In this document: piece after piece, positions 53,006 to 64,000 of the stretch
How the letters are laid out: the number at the start of each line of letters is the position of its first letter
Position numbering within the stretch: the stretch's first letter is position 1
Assembly (NCBI RefSeq): GCF_036321535.1
Contig: NC_087437.1
Location: 88,476,001-88,540,000 of the forward strand
DNA length: 64,000 nucleotides
Reading direction: 5' to 3'
Source of the DNA: Camelus dromedarius
Lineage: Eukaryota
Made by a program: the position numbers and the translations under genes
The notes under the pieces: generated by a model
What the model was told of the DNA's origin: nothing
The model's database searches: none
Seen by the model: only the letters and a program-made list of their open reading frames with translations

Positions 53006-53850
53006 CTCATTGTTCTTAATCTCTCTTTGATGATTCCAGCAAATAATAACTTTTTGTACAACAAGGAGGTAACAATGCCTTGTCTGCCTTTCCCCCATTT
53101 CCCACCCAAGAACTTAGAAACAAAGGGGACAGAGCTGGCTTCTGAGAGTGAACAACAAAACCTTCAACTCGTAAAAACAGAAGACTCACACCATGGAAAT
53201 TTAACACTAGTCTAACCCTACATCAGTCAGAGATGTGTTGAAAGACAGGGAACCAGGAAGAAACAGTAGAATCAGTAAGATAAAACATGATGGTGTAGAT
53301 GAGGCACTGGCTGCAGTGGTACTGAGCCTCCCAGGACACAATAAACTAGATTATAAGAGAGGACTTCCATGTAGGGAACAAGGGTATTTCAACAGGGTTC
53401 CTTCTGGCCTTGGTAAGTCACCCACAAGGCAATCCAATTACCTTCGCTTTAATTCTGTGCTTATTAGGACTTAACAAACTGGATCAGTAAAGTAGATTCT
53501 CAGGCATCTTGGAGAAGAAAGAGGAGAACTACTGTGCTCTGGATCACGGATGCAAGCAGTCCAGTGACTGGAGAGTTGTAGTTTCCATTGTAAGTTAATA
53601 CAGACATCAGTAGGTATTCATTCCACACCAGCGTCACGTGACTATAGTTATTAGTTTGTCTCTTCAACAACCAATTTATTTCTAGTCATATTGATAACAG
53701 TTCCATTTCCTACTTACAAGTTTACTCTTATACCTTAAAACTTGGTAAATTTAGCAAAATAGTGTCATTCTTTGAGGCCTGCCAGCTTAGATAAGTCATA
53801 GCACAACTATATGACTTACTGTCAAATATTAACAACAAAAATATTATCAG
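51490..53850 (+). CDS. Exon 26 block, giant (phase 0-0; possible mini-intron 52936-53004, strong internal donor at 53413)
   Basis: tactccattag| ; one frame for 2.36 kb (CKNCNF**LI*LSRRIFYCLRCSCMACG...YEIRVVHREIRDPT...); donor CAG|gtagta. Confidence 0.5.
52941..53003. repeat. (TC)n(AC)n microsatellite
   Basis: Seen directly. Confidence 0.95.
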
Positions 53851-54689
53851 GTAGTAAATTATACAAATTATCTCTTAATATACACCATAATTTTATAGTT
53901 CTATCCCTTACATTAAAATGAAAAAACTACTCTTAGTTTTAACTCTATGCCATTTTCAATATTATATATTTTTGACCCACAAATATGGCAATTACACACG
54001 ATTTAGCTTAAAACTCAGCCTCATTTTTGTCTCTGTTAAGCTCACTCAACTCGTTTCAAAATGGCCAGGTTATCTCTTTTCCTTGCTCCTTAAACTCACC
54101 ATTTCTCCTCATCTCTCATCCCCGGTTTATACCAATGACATCATTTTACATTTGTGGGTGCCTAAGCCCTGTTTGCTCTCAGCTGCGTCCTCTCCCTAAT
54201 TCCCACTCTGATCTTCTCTTTGGCAAAGAAATAAGTCTGAAACCCCGAGCTGTCACCTGATTGCCTGCTGGGTTTGCCAGGGAGGGGGGGTGTGGGGAGG
54301 CTCTGGTGGGCCAGTATGAGAGCAGGAAGGAGGAAGCCAGATCTTTCCTTGTCCTCTGTCCCTATGTCTTGGAGTCTCCGACAGCAGCTGCATTTCTACT
54401 TGTTCCTGTTGGGTAAGCTCGCTATTTCTGGCTTCTGTGGGGTCACCTCAGCCCTGGAATCAATAACCCACCTCCTACCTGTGATCTTCCTATCTAGGGG
54501 TGGTGGTGAGACCCTGCTATCCAGAATCTCTGTGTTGTCTCAGGGTCCTGACCTGGGTGCTCAGTAACTCCACCACTGCATATCCGATTCCCTGCATTGT
54601 GTTCCTTTCCCTGTAAACCTCTGAAGTGATTTCTCTTTTCTTCACTAAATCTTAACTGGTACAATACCTAAAAAAGTACAAACTGCTAA

Positions 54690-56200
54690 ATTTGGGTTCT
54701 ACTCAATTCCTGTCACCAAACTACAAACTACTTGGGTCTGAATTCATCCTTTTCTCCTCTTATTATAATAAAATGTCCCTCCCCCTGACAATGGCAAACC
54801 ACCCATCCCTCACATGCTCTCTGTATCCATCCTATATACCTCTGCTTTTCTCAGTTGCTTGTTTATTTACTTTGAACTTTTAAATTATGCATATAATTTA
54901 TAAATACAATCGGATTCTAGCAGAATCATCTTTCAAAAAGCCCTTTCTTGACTTCAAATTCCTCTCCAGTGACTGCCTCAATTTCTCTTTCTTTCTTAGC
55001 AAATCTAACTGAAAAGTTGTCTACACTGACTTTGTCCACTTCTTTTCCTTGAAGTCTTTTTCAGACTAACTTCTATCCTGATCACTCTGCCTGAAACCTG
55101 TTGTCAAGTTGGACCAACCTTTAAATGATGAAACCAATGGCTTCTCGGCTTTTTGGCTAAGATCAAGTGTAAATGATGAAAGCAGTGAACACTTTTCTCT
55201 CCTTATTTCGGTTGCCGGAATGATAACTTCACAAACAGCCAGCAGCTCCTTCTGAAAGCTCTGGTCTCTCCCAGACTTCAAGATTCCACACTCTTCTCGC
55301 TTTCCTGTTTGTTTAATTGCTGTTTTCAGTATCTCTGTCTCATTTGCTTGCTCTGTCTCCTCAGTTTAACCTCAAAGTTCAGGATTTCCTAAGAGCTTAG
55401 AATAGAGTCTCTAAACCTCTCTGACTTCATAGTGAAGGCTCCTAAAATTTTACTTAGATAAACTTTTGTAAAATTTCTGAGATTTATATCCAATTCCTAA
55501 CTGAAATCTCTACTTGGATGTCTCAGGGACATCTTATATTTCGCCTGTAACAGTTTAAATCTCCATTTTCTCAGTGTTACCTCTCTTACTTATATCATGA
55601 AATCAGATCAATATAAACCTAGCAGGCCTTGTCAGAATTCTAGGAGACATATTTGAGATCATTCCAACTCCAATCCATTAGCAATATAAATAACATTTGT
55701 TACATGTATATTATGTGCTATGCACTGTACTATGTTCATTACAAATATTAATTACTTAATCCACCTAACCCACATATGAAGTATATACTATTATTTACTT
55801 CCTTTTTTGTGCACAAGGAAATTGCAGCAGAGAAAGCTTAGGTGATGTACTGAAGGACATATAGCCAATGAATGATGTAGTCAGGATTTCAAGGCAGACC
55901 ATTCAGTTTCAGAACTCATGATTCTAACAATTAAGTATGTCTCAAATTATAATAAAACCATAGTTAACACTCTCGTACATATAATGGGCCAGGCATAGTT
56001 GTAAGTGCTTTAAATACATTAAATCGCTTATGAGAGTGTATTGTTATGCCTATTTTATAGATGGAAAATATACACAAAGAGATTAAATAATTTGCCCAAG
56101 GCCAGTAAAACAGAGAGACAGGATTTAAAATTGGCTACTCTGGCTCCGGAGTCTGTGCTCTTAATCACCATGATATGCTTCCTCTCAGTTGTCCCATGAC
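54690..56200. mobile_element. L2 and MIR remnants
   Basis: cctattttatagatggaaa...aataatttgcccaagg MIR cores; L2 body. Confidence 0.6.
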
Positions 56201-56241
56201 TTCTACCTGCAAAATACATTTTAACCTTTTTTTCATGGTAG

Positions 56242-56484
56242 GGAACAAAACCATGGTAAGACTCTTAGGAAGGAAGCCAGAATGCATAACTTGTTGGGGA
56301 GCTGGGATGACCATCAGAATACTCCAAGTTGGGTGAGCTCAGGCTACAGGTTGCAGTAGGGAAGTGCTTAGTATTGTTATTAAGGTGCTTGGATTCAACC
56401 AGTTGATGGATGCAGGCCTCACAGGAGGAAAACCCACCACTAATTCCTCTTGCAAGCTAGCTAGACTTTACAGTTAAGCAGGAA
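56242..56484 (+). CDS. Exon 27 (phase 0-0), tentative
   Basis: ttttcatggtag| GTKPW*DS*EGSQNA*LVGELG*PSEYSKLGEL...; donor GAA|gtaaac. Confidence 0.4.
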
Positions 56485-56834
56485 GTAAACAGAATGCCTC
56501 TTTTAATTATTATGAGAATGTGATACAATTATGGCAAGCAGGCATATGCCAAATTTATAGCCTCATTTTTTAAGAACCAGAGAAGTTAAAGGAGGCATCT
56601 ATACTGTTAAGCTAATCTGCCTGTGATCTGCGATTAAAACCTAGGTCTCCCGGTTGGTACTCAAGTTCCAGTTGGTTCTTATTACATCATGTAGCTCTTC
56701 CCCTGGTTCCTCACAGAGGTTTCTATAACATGCCAAGAAATAAAACAGTAGTTTTGAGAGCAATATAAAATACATGAATAAGCAATGCCTGTTGTCAGGA
56801 AACAAGGGAACTGATATCTGATCATCTTACCAAG

Positions 56835-57482
56835 GAGAAAATTTTAAAGGTTAACTTTAGTACTCATAGATTTTGAGGGATAATCTTTCAAAATAAGTTC
56901 ATATATTTTGGGGGGAAACAGGAAGACAGCAGTGACAGGGTGAAACTTTTTAAAAATTCTCTTTATGTTCTACTTATTTATGAAATATTTCAAACTAGGA
57001 TACTGATAAGAGCTATCAAAGATATTTCTACAATTGTAAAAATACATAATATGTGGGACCAGCTCATTTACATGTCATTTAAATATATCATGAGAGAGAT
57101 GAAAAGATAATTTTAAATATAAGAATCAGTCATATTAGAACCTAGTCACAAAAATCAGGAGTTAGATAGGAAAACTTAAGAAGTATCTTTGTATGTAGAC
57201 CATATTTTGTTACTAAAATTTAGCAAAAGGCATATATGTTCTCAAAGTTTAATTTTTACATTAACTTTTACTGTGAAGGTTAAAATAATAAGCTTTACAG
57301 CATCGGAATTAGATGCAGAGGCCCCATGTAAAGATGGAAGGAATTGGCGCTATCATAGATACATAGTCTACAACTTAATGAAGGCTTTTATTATCACTAT
57401 CATTATCACGTTTCCTGAAAAATAACAAGAAGAGTACTGGTGCAGGGGTGCAGGACAGGAGTCATTTATCAAAAACCCTTGG
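56835..57482 (+). CDS. Exon 28 (starts phase 0; 3' end uncertain)
   Basis: tcttaccaag| ; two stop-free runs of ~77-80 codons in very AT-rich DNA (includes ORF 57189-57425). Confidence 0.55.
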
Positions 57483-57489
57483 GTCAAAA

Positions 57490-57945
57490 CAGAAAAAATC
57501 AAATACCACAAATACTGTATGGTATCACTTATATGTGGAATCTAAAAAAAAAAAAAAAAAAGGCAGATTTTACAGAAACAGAATAGAATGGGGGTTTCCA
57601 GGTAGGGGCTGAGGAAAGGAGGAAATGGGGAGGTGTATGTCAAAGGATACAAACTTCACATTGTTAAATGAATAAGCTCTGAGGTTCTAGTGTGCAGCAT
57701 GACGGCTATAATTAATATACAATATTGTATAGTTGAAATTTGCTGAGAGTAGATTTTAAGTTTTCTCACCAACACACACACACACAGAGTTAACTAAGTG
57801 AGGTGGTGTATGTGCTAATTATCTTGATCTTGATATCATTTAACAATGTATATGTATATCAAATCATCATGTTGTATATTTTAAATATATATAATCATAT
57901 TAGTCAATGATTCCTCAATAAAGCAGGGGAAAAAAATAAGATGAT
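57490..57945 (+). mobile_element. L1 3' end nested in a DNA-transposon remnant (~57455-58250)
   Basis: caaatactgtatggtatcacttatatgtggaatctaaaa...cctcaataaagc. Confidence 0.8.
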
Positions 57946-58256
57946 CTTTAAAAAAAATCTTGGGCCAGATGTTTTTCTAAAGTCATAACCTGTTGTATTT
58001 GAGAAATGTAATGTGAAGCGTACTTCAAATATTATATAACCTTTCTCAAGGGGTTTGGGTAGCACCATGTAATCAATCACATCAATATTTACACTAAGTG
58101 AAAAAGGCAGATTATAAAGAGTCTAAAGTCTAATTTTGTCACAAAATAACTTCGAGTCAGGTCAGGCTTTTCCCTTCCAAAATGTTAAAATAACTCTTGG
58201 TTTTCTGAGATTTTGGTTTTCAAAATTGCACACAAGGCTTTGTGGACTTATCCAAG

Positions 58257-58341
58257 AACATCATGGTGATTAAGAGTGACATCCAGTGGCGAGCACGTTG
58301 ATCTGCGTGCAAATACGTATTCGCTATTGGTTAAAATGCTG
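58257..58341 (+). CDS. Exon 29, tentative
   Basis: CpG-retaining NIMVIKSDIQWRAR*SACKYVFAIG*NA; donor CTG|gtaacc; phase link to exon 30 unresolved. Confidence 0.35.
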
Positions 58342-58817
58342 GTAACCCTTAAATCTAATCAAGCAATTAATCAAGCATTTTATGTCTAGGGATATAAAAA
58401 TAGATAAGAATTTCCCCCCTACATAGAAGAATTCTTATCCTACTAGTGTTTGGAGTCAAATACACTAAGATCAGTGAAATGGGGGAGAATCACAGAAGAG
58501 AGACACCCTTAGTCAGATGTAGTGGTCAAGGAAGACTTTCTGGAAGAGGAGACACCTGAGTGAGTTCTTGAAAGAAGAGAAGGGATAATCCCATTTTTAC
58601 AAAGCAAAGTCACAGAGAAAAGTCAGCAGGAAATCATAACTGATGCAGGAATTGATACAAGATGAAGTTAAATAGGCCAAGGGGAATGATTCATGATTCA
58701 TATATAGTAACATCCTGAATGCCAAATGGTGAGCATGTTTGTTTATTTCTATTTTTGAGTATTCTATTTAGCTTATTTTCATTACTCTAATAAAAAACAT
58801 TATTATTCCTTTATTAG

Positions 58818-59102
58818 GATATTAGAATAAGGAACCAACCCTTTAAAAATAAAATTAAAACCACATATTATGTTCTATATCAATATAACAGTCTCAGAAT
58901 TTTTGGAAATATAAAACTATTATTTAGAAATAATAAGAGGAATATTTTAAATAATTAATTATTTGCAAGCAAAACTAGGAACTTTAAAATTATGGTCAAT
59001 AATACAGGAGTGAGTGTAAAGTGGGCCTCAGTAAGAGAGGTAGCCAGATTATTGCGTCATAACAAATTACCATCGAGCCAATTACTCTCCTGATAAAGTA
59101 CC
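58818..59102 (+). CDS. Exon 30 (phase 0-0)
   Basis: ttcctttattag| DIRIRNQPFKNKIKTT...VREVARLLRHNKLPSSQLLS**ST; donor ACC|gtaaat. Confidence 0.55.
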
Positions 59103-59310
59103 GTAAATTCTTATTTCATAATTTGTCTTATAGCTTCCCCTCTTTTTTTTTCTATTTTATTTGCTACCACTCTTGTTGAACCCCATTTTACCCTCAATTA
59201 TTTAGAAATTTTGTTATGATATTTAGATATTTTGGCCCGTGGTTCCCAAATTATTGCTTTATTTTCCATTTTTAATGTAATACGATTATTTCTTTTTCTA
59301 TTTTATTGAG

Positions 59311-59450
59311 AATCTCACAGGCCACTGCTCATGGAACTTTGGTTTCTTTAGTTAGGACTCTGTGTGCATCACACCACAATGACTCAGAGCCATTGCGATT
59401 CAATGGTTCCTGATTAAGATAGAAAGAATTTGCCATGCTTCATTCTCTAG
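59311..59450 (+). CDS. Exon 31 (phase 0-2)
   Basis: Pyrimidine tract then gag| NLTGHCSWNFGFFS*...; donor TAG|gtagtg. Confidence 0.45.
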
Positions 59451-59483
59451 GTAGTGGTCACAGTCCCTGTATCTGGATGCTCT

Positions 59484-59487
<4 letters not shown>

Positions 59488-59525
<38 letters not shown>
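59488..59525. repeat. (CA)n microsatellite
   Basis: Seen directly. Confidence 0.95.
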
Positions 59526-59526
<1 letters not shown>

Positions 59527-59668
59527 GAACACCCCCCCCAAACAAATGCAACTTTAATTTAATCAAACAATAGTCACACTTATTAGATGCATTAGTCTGA
59601 TCTTTTCTAATCTATTTCTCCTTTTTTCTTTTTCTTTCATTTTCACTTTTTTTTAAATATTATCACAG

Positions 59669-59793
59669 CCCTCGTTGATGTCATAATCCACTGACAGATC
59701 TTGATTCAGAAAATAATGCTCTAGAAGAAAGAATAATTTGCTTGAAAAGATTATAAATACAAGTGAAATATTTGAATAATATAACAAAACTAT
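59669..59793 (+). CDS. Exon 32 (phase 2-1)
   Basis: tatcacag| PR*CHNPLTDLDSENNALEERIICLKRL*IQVKYLNNITKL; donor TAT|gtatga. Confidence 0.55.
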
Positions 59794-59990
59794 GTATGAC
59801 ATACAGAAAATTATGGTTTGGGGTTCAAAAGAGAGGTCAAAAAGGGGCTTTATTGGGGAAAATAAAAGTCTTGACATTGACCTTGAAGGATGGCTGAGAA
59901 TTGGTAGTAAAGAGAATAGGGCAGAATCACAGAAAAGACCAAATTTAAATGTAAATATTACAGGTCAATTAAAAATATGTTTATCTCTAG

Positions 59991-60780
59991 CCTAACTACA
60001 ATTTGTATGTAAGTATTTCTATAATATGCTTTTCACAAAATGTGAAATCAGTGAAAAGAGAGGGTTGAAAAGATGTATACATTTTAAAAATTCCAAAGAG
60101 AAAAGCAAACTTTGCCTGACTTAATTCTTGAGAAGGTTTAAGAGGGATGAAAATCTTCCAAAAGAGAAAAGGAAAAAACCAATTGCATTTCACTCTCCTT
60201 ATTGACAGACCATTAAAATTTTACTAAGCTGAATCCTTTCCAATGGCCCTGAAGAAAGGGTTCTTCCAAAATAAGGCCATTCTTATCTCATGGCATAAGA
60301 ATTTTTGAGAATCATGGAATTTTAGCTAGAAATACTGCTTAATTATTAGTTTTCAATGCTCTCCCTAACAATAAATTCAAAATGACCCTGAGATTTGGAA
60401 TTTGATTAGATTTCCACTATGGTTTCTGGGCAAAGTGTTTTCTAGTGATAGCAGGATATCAAATTGAAAATGACCAATAATTTCCCTAATATTCAGGCCT
60501 AGATCTCAAATATGTTTTGCTCCTCCTTCTGCCATAACCAAGTTAAACAGCTGTCCTTTCACTTAAAACATTCCATCCATTTGACTAGCATGTTCCCCCA
60601 GGCTCTGCCTGTTGAAGTTCTAATGATGCTTCAAGCCACTTTAGTGAGAGATTCATGAAGCCCTTCTTGCACATCCTCTCAAGGCTTTTGCAACAGCTTT
60701 CAAATTGCTCTGTTTCTTCCATACTCTTCCACTCAACTCCATCGTCCTCAAAACCACTGTCATCTGTCATTTAGAGGGTT
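59991..60780 (+). CDS. Exon 33 (starts phase 1; possibly terminal, end approximate)
   Basis: tttatctctag| *LQFVCKYFYNMLFTKCEISEKRGLKRCIHFKNSKEKSKLCLT*FLRRFKRDENLPKEK... Confidence 0.45.
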
Positions 60781-60789
60781 TAGGAATGA

Positions 60790-61900
60790 GCACTTTGCAA
60801 ATACTAACTACTATATATAAACTAGATAAACAACAAGTTTCTACTGTAGAGCACAGGGAACTGTATTCAATATCTTGTAGTAACCTAGAATGAAAAAGAA
60901 TATGAAAATGAATATATGTATGTATATGTATGACTGAAACATGATGCTGTACACCAGAAATTGATACAACATTGTAAACTAACTGTACTCCATTTAAAAA
61001 AAGTTTAAATTAAAAAAAGTGAATTATCCCCCACCCACGACAAAAAGCAGAAGGAAGGGAGGAGGAGTCAGGAGAGTGGGATCAGTAGAGACCTGCAAGG
61101 AATCAAAGGATTGAGAAATAATCCAGATGGAAGACACTTAAAGCATGTGATATCAAGAATGCTATGCACCTTAGAGGAGCAAAGAGAGCAGTAAGTTCAA
61201 CAGACAAATGGGAGGTGAGGGGTGTCTCTTCATTCCCACCACACTTCTTGGTACAGGTCTTCTTACCCTGCCATGTTCTGTTATAGCTACCCGTTCATGG
61301 GTCTCTCTCCATGAGGCTAGGAAAGCTTTATGAAAGGTCTACCTTTGTTTACCTCCTTATCCCTAGTGTGTATGGTAGTACATATGTATTTCATTAATTT
61401 GACTTTGTTAACTTCGAATCACTTCTGTATTAATTTGCTCAGACGCACACTTATTTTGCCCCGTTAGTGACCTTCACACTCAAGAACTGTGCAAGTTAGA
61501 GCAAGAACATAAATTCTTGAGATTAGCAGATACAAACTACTGTATACAGAATGGATGAACAACAATATCCTACAGTACAGCACCAGGAACTGTATTCAAT
61601 AGCTTATAATAATCTATAATGAAAAAGAATATGAAATATATATATGTAGAGCTGAATCACTGCTGTACACCAGAAACTAATACAACATTGTAAATCAACT
61701 ATACTTCAATAAACAAAATTACAATCCAATTTCTTGTAATCACATATAATGGAAAAGAACCTGAAAAAAAGTATGTATATATATAACTGAATTGCTTTGC
61801 TGTACACCTGAAACTAACATTGTAAATCAACTACACTTCAATAAAAATAAAATTTTAAAAATTACATACCCAATAAATAGAACAAAGTAAAAAAAAAAAA
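60790..61900 (+). mobile_element. L1 3' terminal fragments (60790-61020; tandem pair 61520-61860)
   Basis: gctgtacaccagaaa...acaacattgtaaa...cttcaataaa repeated. Confidence 0.8.
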
Positions 61901-62419
61901 GTTGGGGGGAACATAGCACAGCACAGCTCAGAGGCTGTAGTTAACTCTCTCAGAGGTGTCTGATTCCTTTTTTTTTTTTTTTTTACCCCAGAGACCATGC
62001 GTCTCATCATAAGTGCAGTGAAATATCAAAGAATATTTTTATACTACATCTGCCACTACTCATTTCTTTTGAATAAACATAATTGCATTTTAGCACTATC
62101 AAAACTACAAATTCAGCCAACATTTTAAGACCTTATCAACTTTTCTGTTTAATTTCCACCCACCAAAGAGGAGATGCTATATTATTCAACTCTTCTATGA
62201 CTGAGATAATTTTTTATAATCATTTTAATTGGAGAAACTACATGTAGGTTGGCTAAAAGCCTAATGACGATAGCAGTAAAATATTCTACAAAGTATCTAT
62301 TTTGGAGTTGAAGAAATAAAGCACAGTTATCCAAAGCCATGAGTTAAATTAAAAAAAAAGAAGGATGAAGAGGAAATTAAAGGCAGATAGCCAGACTGGG
62401 AGCGAAACAGTAATTTTAG

Positions 62420-63400
62420 ATGAGTGGATCTTTTCTAGTTCCTTTATATACAATCTTTATACAGAGGGATGCAGGCTTTATGGATGTTCCTTCTCAAAGG
62501 CTTTATAACAACAAAAAGAAGTTCTTAAAGTATATTCCCTCTGGATACCAAGACTTTCTTCTTTTTCCTTCATAAATGAGCTTCTATGAAACTGCTGATT
62601 AATAAAACAGAGATACAATTTTATTAGTCTCTTGACTGTTCCTGTTTATTTCTCATCTTGGTGAAAGGCGGATATGATTCATTTCCTGATCAGCTTCTTT
62701 TGCATCTATTAACGTTCAACATCATACGTTGCCTTGGCTCTTGGGTTGTGAGATCCTGAGGTTCTTTTCACTTCCTCTGCTTTTCCTTTTAGGCAAGGTT
62801 TCTGTGTAGCTGTAGCTTGCCACTCATCTTTATATGTTCTTTGCCAAGTAGAAATCATATAGCTTGCATCCACCCTTCTCATTTTCTCTAGATTGCCCCC
62901 CTTTTATTGTCCTTTTCATTGATTTTACAGCCTCTTTTATCGTTTTCCTTATAGCTTTTATTTTTGTTTTCATACATGCAAGAATATCACCGGGCCCACT
63001 TTTCACTGATTTTGTGACAGTCCATTCAATAGTTCAACAAATCCTCTGATGACTACTTGAATATGGGTTTTATAATTCAACAAATCTCATATCTTTTGAA
63101 TGAGGTTTTTCTGTCATTTTCTTTTATGTCTGATGAATTTGGCTTCAATTCCTTTTATTGCTTTTTAATATTTTAAAGAAATAGCTGTCTTTTTGCCAGT
63201 GTTAGAGTCTGTGTGTATTCAGTAATCTTGCCTGAATATTTGTCCTTTTCTGCTATATTCTTATTAAATTGTAAAACACAAAAATTATGTATTAATGTAA
63301 AAATCATGGTCTTCCTTCCTCTAGTGGAAGATATATTAGATATGTTTGTCTCATAACATCATAAAAAAATGTCTAAAACTACACAGTCTATCAATGAAAA
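62420..63400 (-). mobile_element. Old L1M/HAL1 ORF1-like remnant
   Basis: T-rich, degenerate ORF1-like on the minus strand. Confidence 0.45.
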
Positions 63401-64000
63401 TCAGATAGCTCATATGAAGATGGTAGATAATCCAAAATCAATTTTTAGATGAGAAAAATTTAGAAATTTATAAAAACTACATATTTACCCATATACCATT
63501 AACTTCAAAATTATCAAAGAAACTAAAAGCCCTTCCATTCACCCCTCCCAGTTCCACCTTCCAAAATTGAAATTGGTAAGAATTGTACATCCTTCTCCAG
63601 TTTCTCCTCTGCTTCTACAGATATACTGATATGCATATCAACACACATATCTGCTTTCACAAATATCTTTTTATATACACATGTGTGCATGTATATATAC
63701 ATTTCTTATTACATATCAGTGTGTAACCTACTTTTTCACTTAAAAGTAGTTTATTACGTATGATGCATTTCCTTTAAAAAGATGCATAACATTGATGATA
63801 CTTCTGATTATTTCAAATTTTTGCTAATGCAAACAATACTGCAATAAACCCAGATATATATGTACATATCTGTGTGTGTGTTTATATCTACCAATATACA
63901 TACATGTATATACATATATTTATATTCTATTATTTATGTAGGGTAGTATTACAAGAGGAATTGAGGGCCCATAAGTTATGTATTTTTATATTTCTTTTTT

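Larger units (their letters stand above)
2870..60780 (+). pseudogene. Cryptic multi-exon gene (~33 exons, ~4500 codons), frame-preserved but full of in-frame stops; pseudogene-looking, candidate editing-dependent gene
   Basis: Manual assembly of GT-AG exons with concordant intron phases. Starts MSSLYQRINEERKVASRFLCLSESETRK*AFHNS*QAPGVAPSDGYHDYEMVS*EVINNLIAAEGTLPGVLAPGNDSPLKELRSFFQDRLYDDLTWTGEDTPLQNKILYNRHFPLEFRISRETFQNRLSYEEDIWEVIEDTETVCGLIHKPLELKRWSLVLRLYNFNLDLPL*SEDGVQYIQ. Family not recognised. Confidence 0.8.

Noticed and set aside
52901..53215. 104-aa ORF with SLSL/THTH
   Set aside because: Translation of a microsatellite.

Overview
AT-rich mammalian genomic DNA, probably camelid (inferred from the tRNA-derived SINE and L1 3' ends), roughly half interspersed repeats (L1, L2, MIR, MaLR/ERVL LTRs, Tigger/MER elements). 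The ORF track shows no intact protein-coding gene. Read by hand, nearly all non-repeat sequence from 2870 to ~60780 assembles on the + strand into one cryptic gene of about 33 exons and roughly 4500 codons. It has GT-AG introns whose phases chain without a frameshift through exons 1-18 and 20-25, yet about 5% of codons are stops (56 in the first 16 exons: 29 TGA, 19 TAA, 8 TAG). TGN codons are in excess and CGN codons scarce. Reading T as C (TGN=Arg, TAR=Gln) gives a coherent basic protein. The leading hypothesis is a gene encrypted by genomic C-to-T changes that needs extensive U-to-C RNA editing or recoding; the alternative is an unusually frame-preserved unitary pseudogene. I do not recognise the protein. 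Exon calls are manual, and the 3' ones are less certain.
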